Below are positions 31,314 to 40,284 of a stretch of DNA of 64,000 bases, one piece after another. How positions within the stretch are numbered: the stretch's first letter is position 1; each line of letters begins with the position of its first letter. The position numbers were made by a program, and so were the translations under genes. This DNA is from Alphaproteobacteria bacterium (GTDB taxonomy: Bacteria > Pseudomonadota > Alphaproteobacteria > G965218375), in assembly GCA_965218375.1 (NCBI GenBank), contig OZ244618.1:1917009-1981008 (forward strand), in the 5' to 3' direction. The notes under the pieces are model-generated. The model was not told the origin of the DNA and ran no database searches. It saw only the letters and a program-made list of their open reading frames with translations.

Positions 31314-32282
31314 TTATAATTGTGCTTCAATATATTGGCAAATATCTGCAAGTAAATCTTTCGAGTTTTCTGCACTAAATCGCATGCCATTTGTATACTG
31401 GGTCGTGTTCCAGACTATTTGACGTTTGGCAAGGCGTCGCGTTTCGCGTTTTGCTTTTTCGATGGCATCTGCCCATTCTATTTCACCCCTTAGGGCAGCA
31501 GCGACTTCACCACTGCCGCACGCACGGAAAATAGGCGCGGATAGGGGGATATTTTTGTTGACAATGTCGGTAACTTCCTCACGTATGCCAGACTGAACCA
31601 TAAGGTCAAAGCGCCGGTCACATCGTTCATAAATCCAAGGTTTCGATGCTTCTAAAATACAGAGTATGCTTTGGTCTTCACACCCTGGCTCAGTGGGGGG
31701 GAGGCTCTGCCAGTATGCCAGTGACTGGCCCGTTGCTTTAAGGACTGCAAGGGCACGGGTAATACGTTGGGTATCGCTTGGCCGGATGGTTTGTCCCATA
31801 AGTGGGTCACAGGTCGTAAGGTATTCGTGGGCGGCGGGTGCGCCAACCAAGGTGACCCACTGGTGCATGTCTTGCTTAATATCATCAGAGACTGTGGGTA
31901 CGGGTGAGAGACCTTTAAGAAGAGCTTTAATATATAATCCTGTGCCCCCACAAATAATAGGAATATGGTTATTGCTTTGAACGTTTTTGATGGCTGCTTG
32001 TGCCCAAGAGCGCCATGCCATTGCGGAGGTGTATTCTTCTGGGCCTAAGATGCCATAGAGATGGTGGGGGACAAGCCCTGTCTCTTCTGAGGTTGGGCGT
32101 GCCGTTAATGTGGGTAGGTCTGCGTAAAGTTGAATACTATCAGCGTTAATAATCTCTCCCTTATATTTTTGTGCAACTTTGAGGGCTAGATTTGATTTAC
32201 CACTGGCGGTCGGCCCTGTAATGATCACAATTTGGCATGATGTAGTGTCTTTTGGTAATTTATTATGTTTCATTGAACTCAT
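31314..32282 (-). CDS. miaA: tRNA dimethylallyltransferase
   Basis: GPTASGKS, INADSIQLY, GGTGLY, AKRQ; divergent from serB. Confidence 0.95.
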   Translation of the reverse strand: MSSMKHNKLPKDTTSCQIVIITGPTASGKSNLALKVAQKYKGEIINADSIQLYADLPTLTARPTSEETGLVPHHLYGILGPEEYTSAMAWRSWAQAAIKNVQSNNHIPIICGGTGLYIKALLKGLSPVPTVSDDIKQDMHQWVTLVGAPAAHEYLTTCDPLMGQTIRPSDTQRITRALAVLKATGQSLAYWQSLPPTEPGCEDQSILCILEASKPWIYERCDRRFDLMVQSGIREEVTDIVNKNIPLSAPIFRACGSGEVAAALRGEIEWADAIEKAKRETRRLAKRQIVWNTTQYTNGMRFSAENSKDLLADICQYIEAQL

Positions 32283-32351
32283 CGTTTGATTTTATTACAG
32301 AGGTTTATATATATTGTAGGGTATGTCAAAGTTAATTGAAGGATATTGTTT

Positions 32352-33236
32352 ATGCAAACGGTTATCGTGCTCTCTTCCAGTTATGAAAATAGAATTCTGG
32401 ATCAAGCTGTTCTGGGGCAGTTGGGGCTTCATCACCTGGATCATGTAACTCTTGGGGAAGGGTGGGCATTAGAATATCCTCAAACAAATATTGATATTGA
32501 CCTTTTGCGTCAGAAAGTTAAGGACTTGGGGCTGCCCCTAGATGTGAATCTGGTGAAGGGGAAAAATCGCAAGAAATTGGTGATGGTTTTTGATATGGAT
32601 TCAACCTTCATTATGCAAGAGTGTATTGATGAGCTTGCAGACTATGCGGGTGTTAAAGAAGCCATCAGCGAGATTACGGAGTTGTCCATGGGCGGGCAAT
32701 TGAATTTTAACGACTCATTGCGGGCGCGGGTTCGTTTGCTTAAGGGACTTGATGTTTCGTATCTCGAGACCACATACCGAGACAAAATTACCCTCACTCC
32801 AGGGGCGCGGACCGTTGTTGCGACAACGAATTCTTTTGGCGTAAAGTCTTTTATTATCAGCGGCAGTCACCGTTTCTTTACCGCAAAAATTAGAGAAATT
32901 GTTGGACTTGAAGGGGAATATGCCAACGACTTTGACATAGAAAATAATCAGTTTACTGGTCTGGTTAATCCTCCTATTATTGATGCGCAAGGTAAATTAC
33001 AGATTTTAGAGAAAATTGTGACCGATCATAACGTCACCTTAGATCAGGTGATGGCGATAGGTGACGGCAGCAATGACGTGAAGATGGTACGTGCAGCGGG
33101 CGTTGGACTTGCTTTTAAAGGGAAAGAGGTCTTAAAAAATAATGCAGGTGTTCTCGTTGATCATGGGGATTTAAGAACAGTTCTCGTTTTGCAAGGGTAT
33201 GCCGAACGTGAGTTTATTCATGATGAACCGTCATAA
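32352..33236 (+). CDS. serB: phosphoserine phosphatase
   Basis: FDMDST..QECIDELA, AIGDGSND. Confidence 0.92.
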   Translation: MQTVIVLSSSYENRILDQAVLGQLGLHHLDHVTLGEGWALEYPQTNIDIDLLRQKVKDLGLPLDVNLVKGKNRKKLVMVFDMDSTFIMQECIDELADYAGVKEAISEITELSMGGQLNFNDSLRARVRLLKGLDVSYLETTYRDKITLTPGARTVVATTNSFGVKSFIISGSHRFFTAKIREIVGLEGEYANDFDIENNQFTGLVNPPIIDAQGKLQILEKIVTDHNVTLDQVMAIGDGSNDVKMVRAAGVGLAFKGKEVLKNNAGVLVDHGDLRTVLVLQGYAEREFIHDEPS

Positions 33237-33278
33237 GGTTTTGGTGATATATTCAGACTGTTGTACAGTCCACCCGCT

Positions 33279-34862
33279 TTATTCTTTGACTTTGATAAAG
33301 GTAAGACTTGGGTTTTCTTCTATAGTTGTTTGCAGGTGCCACGAGTTACGGGCAATAAATACTGGGTCATTGTCGTGATCATGGGCAACTGTTGTCATAT
33401 TGTGGTCAATAAACTTTTTAACTTCACTAGCATCACCCCTTAACCAACGGGCAGCGTACAGTTGCGCATGTTCAAATTTGACATTTATATTGTATTCCGT
33501 GCGAATGCGGTCAGCAATAATTTCAAATTGTAGTGTTCCAATGACACCCACAAGCCATTCCGCGCCCATGACGCGTTTAAGGACTCTGGCAACCCCTTCT
33601 TCCGCAAGTTGTAAAAGGGCACGTTCTAGGTGCTTCGACTTTAACGGATCCATGGTACGCACAGATTGGATATATTCTGGAGCAAAGTTTGGCATTTCAG
33701 AGAAGGCAATATCCTCACCTTCAGTTAAAGCGTCCCCAATACGGAGGTTACCATGGTTAGGTATTCCGATAATATCTCCAGAGAAGGCATCATCAAGGAT
33801 GACGCGGTCTTGTGCCATAAAAATAATAGGGTTGTGAATATTTAGTGTTTTCTTTGTTCGCGGATGGAACATTTTTAAGCCACGTTTGAAGTGGCCTGAA
33901 GATAAACGCATAAAAGCGATGCGGTCATGGTGCTTGGGATCCATATTCGCTTGAATTTTAAAGATAAAGCCCGTGACTTTCTTTTCTTTTGGAAGAATCT
34001 CTCTTTTTTTGGTGGGTTGGGCTTGGGGACATGGTGCGTAGGTGGCGAGGCCATGTAACAGTTCTTGGATACCAAAGTTATTAATTGCTGAGCCAAAATA
34101 TACAGGCGTAAGGTGTCCAGCTAAGTAACTCTCCACGTCAAACTTAGGATAGACCGCGTGCACCATTTCGATGTCTTCTCTGAGCTGGTCAATCAGGTAT
34201 TTAGGGATCACATGTTCAAGATTGGGGTCGCTTATGGTGTAGACGGGCGCGTCGCTAGCATCTTGTGCATTATTGCCTTTTGATAACAAAATAATCTTAT
34301 CATTAAGAATATCATAACACCCTTTAAAGTCGCGTCCACTGCCAATAGGCCAACTGACTGGGCACGTTTCTAGGGCGAGTTTTTGCTCAATTTCCTCAAG
34401 GATATCAAAGGGTTCATGGCCAGCACGGTCTAGTTTGTTAACAAGGGTGGTAATGGGAATATTTCTCAGGCGGCAGGCTTCGAATAACTTTAAGGTTTGT
34501 GTCTCTATGCCTCGTGCCACATCCAGAACCATCACGGCGGAATCAACTGCCGTAAGCGTCCGGTACGTATCTTCAGAAAAGTCCTGGTGTCCAGGGGTGT
34601 CAAGTAAGTTAAAACGTTTGTTGGCGTACTCAAATGTCATGACAGAAGAGGCCACAGAAATACCGCGTTCACGTTCAACCTTCATCCAGTCAGACTGGGT
34701 TCGACGTAAATTACCTTTTGCTTTAATTGCTCCAGCCATCTGAATCGCACCACCGAAAAGAAGCAACTTTTCTGTGAGTGTTGTTTTACCCGCATCAGGG
34801 TGAGAAATAATAGCAAATGTGCGCCGTTTGGCAACTTCATCGGCAATATTGAATGTAGACAT
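33279..34862 (-). CDS. prfC: peptide chain release factor 3
   Basis: RRTFAIISHPDAGKTTLTEK, DTPGHQDFSEDTYR, FKIQANMDP. Confidence 0.98.
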   Translation of the reverse strand: MSTFNIADEVAKRRTFAIISHPDAGKTTLTEKLLLFGGAIQMAGAIKAKGNLRRTQSDWMKVERERGISVASSVMTFEYANKRFNLLDTPGHQDFSEDTYRTLTAVDSAVMVLDVARGIETQTLKLFEACRLRNIPITTLVNKLDRAGHEPFDILEEIEQKLALETCPVSWPIGSGRDFKGCYDILNDKIILLSKGNNAQDASDAPVYTISDPNLEHVIPKYLIDQLREDIEMVHAVYPKFDVESYLAGHLTPVYFGSAINNFGIQELLHGLATYAPCPQAQPTKKREILPKEKKVTGFIFKIQANMDPKHHDRIAFMRLSSGHFKRGLKMFHPRTKKTLNIHNPIIFMAQDRVILDDAFSGDIIGIPNHGNLRIGDALTEGEDIAFSEMPNFAPEYIQSVRTMDPLKSKHLERALLQLAEEGVARVLKRVMGAEWLVGVIGTLQFEIIADRIRTEYNINVKFEHAQLYAARWLRGDASEVKKFIDHNMTTVAHDHDNDPVFIARNSWHLQTTIEENPSLTFIKVKE

Positions 34863-35050
34863 AAATCACGTGCTTTAATTTAAGTAAATATTCTAAAGAC
34901 ATACATAATCATTATTTTTATTTATGTATGTTTAAAATTAAAGGAGCTAAAGTTAAGATATTTTTTAAGGAAAGTAAAATAAAAAAATACTGATGCAAGA
35001 TCTGTATGGCATTCAATTTTTTGGGAGACCGTCCTGTGTACACAGATGAA

Positions 35051-37171
35051 CTATTCCTTATAAGCCCATAGGGTGTATCCGTCAGCAAAAATATCTGGGT
35101 ATTGTTTTTCCCGTTCTGCCCATCCATTGATGTCTGTACAGTTTGGCAGAGCATTAAAGTATTGGTGAGCTGCAGCGGGTTGGGCGATTCCTAAAAGCTT
35201 GATACCCGTGATTTCCAGAAGGTCGATGATCTCTTGCAGGGAAAAAAGGTGCTTTTGGGCACTCATAAAATGATGAATGCACTCGGGAGTATTATGAAAG
35301 GCAGGATGGGACCGAAGAGATATAATTTCTTGTGGGGCGTTTTGATTCCATACTTCTTGCTGCAGGGTATGGACGCCATTTTGAGTGGTATCAACATCAA
35401 TGTTGTGGTCTTGTAAATGTTTTTTGAGGTGTTGCGTCGAGGTGTGGGCCGTCTTGCTGGGAAGGGTGAAACGAATGAAGCTGTGGGGGGCCATCAGCTC
35501 TTTTAAACTTCTAAAGGCGCGGACTGGGCTTGTGTTTTCCGCAATAGCTCCATTACAAATAATTAAATCATATGCTTGGTATTTTTGGGTGAAGTTTTGG
35601 AAATCCGCTTGATAGTATTTAATTTTATCATGGGTTGCTTCGGGCAAAATCTCTTGTGCCTTGCGCATGACATAGGCAAGAGACCACTTTGAGAGGTCAA
35701 CGGCGTCAATGGTGTTGAACTTCATTGCAAGGGCGATTTCGATCACATCTTGTCCAGTGCTGCACCCTGCAATCATGATTTTCACGTCAGTATCAAGCAA
35801 CGCGGGAACGGGGATATCAGGAATCTCACAAGCGAGAAGGTCACCAAGGGTTTTAAAAGAGAGGTAATTTGGGTTTTGCCAACGGGGAGAGGGATATATT
35901 GAATATTGTTTAAAAATTTTCTGGCTAGTTTGGTCAACCGGTTGGCTATAGGCGGGGATGAGCCGAGTGAGTTTTTGCTCACGCAGAGGCTCAAGAATGT
36001 GGTGACGCAGGACAGAACGCCAATATTGATTATCGGTCTTTTCTATATATTTTTGGTACGTAAGAGCTTCAGAAATATAAAGAATACTCTCAAACATTCC
36101 AACAATCACCATCTTTGCAAGCAGCGGGGCAATATGGGTAGTCTCTTTAGAATTATACTGGTGAATTTGATGTTTAATAATGCTTACGGCGTTTATTTCT
36201 GATCCAAAGGCAGGGCGCAAGAATCCAGTCTTAAAGCTTTGAATAGACAGAGCTGCAGCTAAAGGGTGCATCCACGAAGGCAATACGGTGTGCTGAAGAT
36301 AATACTTGAGTATTGACCGGCGAAACCCGATAAAAAGGGCGATAAGGTATACATTTTTTATGGGAGAAGAGGCAAACATGGACACAAGAACTGCGCTGGT
36401 CAGAATGGGTCTGATGTCTAGACTTTGAAATCCATCATAAAACTCTGACCACTTTCCTTGAAGACAATAGGTAATCATCTCCAGGGTGGCAGTATTCTTT
36501 TTCAGGGCATTAACCAAGACATGAATGATAGCGGGGTGCGACTCAATATCTATGCGGTCAATAAATCTAGCGAGCAGGGCGTCAGTTGTCTCGCTCCACA
36601 CATTCTCAGACATGGAGGGGAGAAGCTCCAGCATAACTTCCTGCATTTCTTTGTTGTCTGGATCCGTATTCAAGACTTGCAGAACATAGACGAGTGATTT
36701 GTCATATAAACGCATTTTAAGATAGAGCTTGCCAATTTCTATGTGCGCCATTTGGGAATCTGGGTGGTGGGAGAGGATATCTTTAAGGATGTGTTCTGCG
36801 TCTAAATATTTTTGTTTTAAGGTGTGAAGACGCGAAACGCCAATACGTGCTTCCGTATTTTCAGGATCAACTTTAAGGGCGCGCTCAAATGCCATGTGCG
36901 CAGCCTCAAAAGAATTAAGGCGCAGGAAAATATACCCAATGGCAAGTTCTTGTTCTAACGAACATGGGGCGGTCTCTGGCACATGGGAGGGGGAAGTGTC
37001 AGCTTGATTTGTTTTATGAAGAATATCAGTCATTAAATACGCCACTTCTGCAGACGCAGGCAGGTGCTGTTTAAGCTCTTGATACGTCTTCAAGGCCTGT
37101 TCCCATCTTTTATGACGATGATGGTGGAGAGCTTGTTCGAATAGATTTTCAAGATCGTTTGTTAAGACCAC
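35051..37171 (-). CDS. TPR-repeat plus class I SAM methyltransferase-domain protein
   Basis: N-terminal TPRs; QY..YPSPRW, IAGCSTGQ, AVDLSKWSLAY. Confidence 0.75.
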   Translation of the reverse strand: MVLTNDLENLFEQALHHHRHKRWEQALKTYQELKQHLPASAEVAYLMTDILHKTNQADTSPSHVPETAPCSLEQELAIGYIFLRLNSFEAAHMAFERALKVDPENTEARIGVSRLHTLKQKYLDAEHILKDILSHHPDSQMAHIEIGKLYLKMRLYDKSLVYVLQVLNTDPDNKEMQEVMLELLPSMSENVWSETTDALLARFIDRIDIESHPAIIHVLVNALKKNTATLEMITYCLQGKWSEFYDGFQSLDIRPILTSAVLVSMFASSPIKNVYLIALFIGFRRSILKYYLQHTVLPSWMHPLAAALSIQSFKTGFLRPAFGSEINAVSIIKHQIHQYNSKETTHIAPLLAKMVIVGMFESILYISEALTYQKYIEKTDNQYWRSVLRHHILEPLREQKLTRLIPAYSQPVDQTSQKIFKQYSIYPSPRWQNPNYLSFKTLGDLLACEIPDIPVPALLDTDVKIMIAGCSTGQDVIEIALAMKFNTIDAVDLSKWSLAYVMRKAQEILPEATHDKIKYYQADFQNFTQKYQAYDLIICNGAIAENTSPVRAFRSLKELMAPHSFIRFTLPSKTAHTSTQHLKKHLQDHNIDVDTTQNGVHTLQQEVWNQNAPQEIISLRSHPAFHNTPECIHHFMSAQKHLFSLQEIIDLLEITGIKLLGIAQPAAAHQYFNALPNCTDINGWAEREKQYPDIFADGYTLWAYKE

Positions 37172-37301
37172 AGTATCTATTACCTTTATTGTTGTGATGG
37201 GCTTATCACTTTTCAGTACTCTACTTTGAGTATTATACTACTAATTTTAAAATTTCTATATACGGTGTTTAGGACGACGGTACATGATAAAAAATATGGT
37301 A

Positions 37302-37793
37302 TTATTTATTAAGCGTAGGATGCAATATTTTATCCCCATTGATAATATTTAATTTGTTCGTAGTGCCTGCGGACACCTCAAGGGCACCAATTGAATTATA
37401 TTCACTCACTAAAAGAGATTTTGAAAATGGCGTGGTGTTGTGATGAATTTTAACGATAGAAAGTTTATCATTAAAAAAAACTATGTCTAATGGTTCGGGG
37501 GTATTATGCATCCAGAAAGTAAGAATCCTAGGGGGTGCAAATAAAAAAAGCATCCCCTGATCTTTAGGGAGTTTAGGCCGAAAGGATAACCCCGCGGCTT
37601 GCTGTTCGGGCGTGCGGGCAATTTCTATCCATAGCTTGGTTTTAACCTCACCGGTTTTACTGGTAATAACAAGGGGGGCGCTGTGAATTTCCAAGTATTG
37701 GGGCGCCCCCTGAGCGGGTATATGCAACATAAGAAAACTGCTAAAGAAACAAAAGACTAAAACTTTTCCATATGAAGACGTCATCTTGTGCAT
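37302..37793 (-). CDS. DUF192 family protein
   Basis: EIARTPEQ..GLSFR, GMLFLF, FWMHNT..LDIVF. Confidence 0.9.
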   Translation of the reverse strand: MHKMTSSYGKVLVFCFFSSFLMLHIPAQGAPQYLEIHSAPLVITSKTGEVKTKLWIEIARTPEQQAAGLSFRPKLPKDQGMLFLFAPPRILTFWMHNTPEPLDIVFFNDKLSIVKIHHNTTPFSKSLLVSEYNSIGALEVSAGTTNKLNIINGDKILHPTLNK

Positions 37794-37805
37794 CTTTTGG
37801 TATCC

Positions 37806-38981
37806 CTAGGTGGACGAGGGGCCATGTGTGTAGCGTTTAAAACCTTCCTCTAAATCTTTTTTCAGGTCGTCAACATCTTCAAGGCCAATGGAGAGCCGTA
37901 CAAGGTACCCTTCATATAGGGCTTTTGTGATTCGTTCTGGTTTTGATGGGATAATTAAACTATTTACCCCGCCCCACGAAAAGCCCATTTTAAAAATCTT
38001 CATATTATCAAGCATATGGGCCAGGTTTTCCTTTGGTCGTGGCTTTAGGACAAGAGAGAAAACTCCAGTTGCGCCTTGAAAGTCACGTTTCCACGTCTGA
38101 TATCCCGGATGGCTGGGGAGCGCTGGGTATAAAACACGCGTGACATCGCTTTGTTGTTCGAGCCATTCGCTTAAAATTAAGGCACTCTTCATGTGGGTAT
38201 CCAGGCGCGCGGCCAAGGTTCTAATGCCCCTGGTTGTCAGAAAGGTATCATCTGGAGCGAGGTGCGTCCCAAAATATTCTACGGAGTACTTAATTTGTTT
38301 TAATAACTCACTGGTTCCAACGGTGATGCTTCCAGCGGTAACATCGGAGTGCCCAGAGATATACTTGGTCAAAGACTCTACACTGATATCAATGCCAAGA
38401 CGAATAGGTTGAAAGTATAGGGGGGTCGCCCAAGTATTATCCATAATGGTTAAGAGGTTATGCTCTTTGGCAACTTCCACAATCTGCGGTATGTCTGGAA
38501 CTTCAAATGTTTCAGAGCCTGGAGCCTCAAGATATATGGCACGCGTATTTTTCTGAATGAGGTCTTTAATCCCTTTACCAATAAGAGGGTTAAACATTGT
38601 AACAGAAACCCCGAAACGCGCTAAAAAGTCCCTGGCCAAGCACCGTGCGGGTTGATAGATGCAATCTACCACTAATATGTGATCACCAGCTTTTAAAAAA
38701 GAAATAAGAGAGAGAGCAATCGCTTGCATGCCACTCGAGGTCAAAGTAGTGCCGTATCCTTGCTCAATTTCCGTTAAAACTTCTTCTAAAGCAAAGGTCG
38801 TTGGTGTGCCGCGCCGTCCATATGTTACCTGTTGCTGTGTTTCAAATATACTTTTCCGATTAAGGACATCGTCAAGTTTCGAATAGAGGATGGTTGATGC
38901 ATGGTATACTGGAGCATTGAGTGCGCCAAATTGTTGCTCGGGGTGTTTTCCAAGCATTGCAAGTTTTGTTTTATTCTTCAT
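37806..38981 (-). CDS. metC: cystathionine beta-lyase
   Basis: YGRRGTPT, MDNTWATP, TKYISGHSD, GFSWGG. Confidence 0.93.
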   Translation of the reverse strand: MKNKTKLAMLGKHPEQQFGALNAPVYHASTILYSKLDDVLNRKSIFETQQQVTYGRRGTPTTFALEEVLTEIEQGYGTTLTSSGMQAIALSLISFLKAGDHILVVDCIYQPARCLARDFLARFGVSVTMFNPLIGKGIKDLIQKNTRAIYLEAPGSETFEVPDIPQIVEVAKEHNLLTIMDNTWATPLYFQPIRLGIDISVESLTKYISGHSDVTAGSITVGTSELLKQIKYSVEYFGTHLAPDDTFLTTRGIRTLAARLDTHMKSALILSEWLEQQSDVTRVLYPALPSHPGYQTWKRDFQGATGVFSLVLKPRPKENLAHMLDNMKIFKMGFSWGGVNSLIIPSKPERITKALYEGYLVRLSIGLEDVDDLKKDLEEGFKRYTHGPSST

Positions 38982-39029
38982 ATATTTCCATCATTTAGCT
39001 AAGTGAATTGTAAACAAGCATACGGTATT

Positions 39030-40034
39030 TTATGGACTTTTCATCCATGAAGGCATAATAAAATTATTTTTACTCAAATACTCTGGATTAAAGATTTTGC
39101 TTTGATATCTGGTTCCAGAGTCACATAAGAGGGTAACGATAACATGTCCAGGCCCCATCTCTTTTGCCAGTCTGATAGCGCCAGCGACATTTAGTCCAGC
39201 GGAGATTCCAATTAACAGGCCTTCATATTCCATGAGGTCATAGATTACTTTGAGGCTTTCGTCATCATTAATGCGTTGAGCACTGTCAATGGGCGCGCGT
39301 TCGAGGTTTTTCGTAATCCGACTTTGTCCTATGCCTTCGGTGATCGAGGAGCCTTCAGATTTCAGGACACCATTTTGGTAATAGTTAAAGAGGGCGGAAC
39401 CAAAAGGATCTGAAATCACAATCCGCGTCTCAGAGTTGTGTTCTTTTAGGGCTTGTCCAATTCCTGAAATTGATCCTCCGGTCCCCGCAGAGCAGGTGAA
39501 GGCATCTATTTTACCGTCGATATCTTTTATAATCTCAGGAGCGGTGGTACTATAGTGGATGTGGTAGTTTGCTAAGTTATCAAACTGATTGGCCCACAAT
39601 GTATTTTGACCGGTAGTGTGTTTAATTTCATCAGCTAATGCTTTGGAATATTTAACGTAATTATTAGGGTTAGCGTAAGGGACTGCGGGGACAAGTTTTA
39701 ACGAGGTGCCAAGAATCGTGATAGCATCTTGCTTTTCTTGGGTCTGGGTCTCTGGCATCACGATCAGCACCTTATACCCGCGCGCACGTCCAATGTGAGA
39801 CAGAGCAATACCCGTATTACCTGCCGTCCCTTCAATAATAGTGTCACCTTTCGTAAGGAGACCGCGATCTTCCGCATCTTTAATAATACCCCAGGCTGTA
39901 CGGTCTTTAATTGATCCAAAGGGATTTAAAAACTCCGCCTTACCTAAGATTAGGCATCCGGTCTCATCAGAGGCTCTTTGTAATTTAATTAAAGGGGTAT
40001 TTCCAATACTATCAACTATACTTGTGTACACCAT
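39030..40034 (-). CDS. cysK: cysteine synthase
   Basis: NPFGSIKDR, EGTAGNTG, GTGGS, EGIGQ, CDSGTRY. Confidence 0.9.
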   Translation of the reverse strand: MVYTSIVDSIGNTPLIKLQRASDETGCLILGKAEFLNPFGSIKDRTAWGIIKDAEDRGLLTKGDTIIEGTAGNTGIALSHIGRARGYKVLIVMPETQTQEKQDAITILGTSLKLVPAVPYANPNNYVKYSKALADEIKHTTGQNTLWANQFDNLANYHIHYSTTAPEIIKDIDGKIDAFTCSAGTGGSISGIGQALKEHNSETRIVISDPFGSALFNYYQNGVLKSEGSSITEGIGQSRITKNLERAPIDSAQRINDDESLKVIYDLMEYEGLLIGISAGLNVAGAIRLAKEMGPGHVIVTLLCDSGTRYQSKIFNPEYLSKNNFIMPSWMKSP

Positions 40035-40246
40035 AATACTTACATAAAAAAAATAAACTGAACTTAACCAAGCTTACCATATCCAAGGGATGTGAAAAGC
40101 CACGTGAGTTAAAAAAGATAATTTTAAATCTGGGTAGTATACCATATAATCAATAACGTAAAGTATTAATTATTTTTTTAATTCGGGTCAAGCCCCTCCC
40201 CCCCCTTCTTTTTTTAAGAGTGCCCCTGCGCCCTTTCTTTGGTATG

Positions 40247-40262
40247 GTTAATGAATTATTAA
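40247..40262. promoter_or_regulatory. CtrA-type box upstream of paralog 3
   Basis: GTTAA-TGAATTA-TTAA, which reads TTAA-N7-TTAAC on the minus strand. Confidence 0.55.
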
Positions 40263-40284
40263 ACCATAACGTAAGGGCAGTATT

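Noticed and set aside
40229-40278. RBS-sequestering hairpin GCCCTT...AAGGGC in the paralog leaders
   Set aside because: The 5' arm lies upstream of the likely -10 element, so it is probably not transcribed; copy 2 also disrupts the inner stem.
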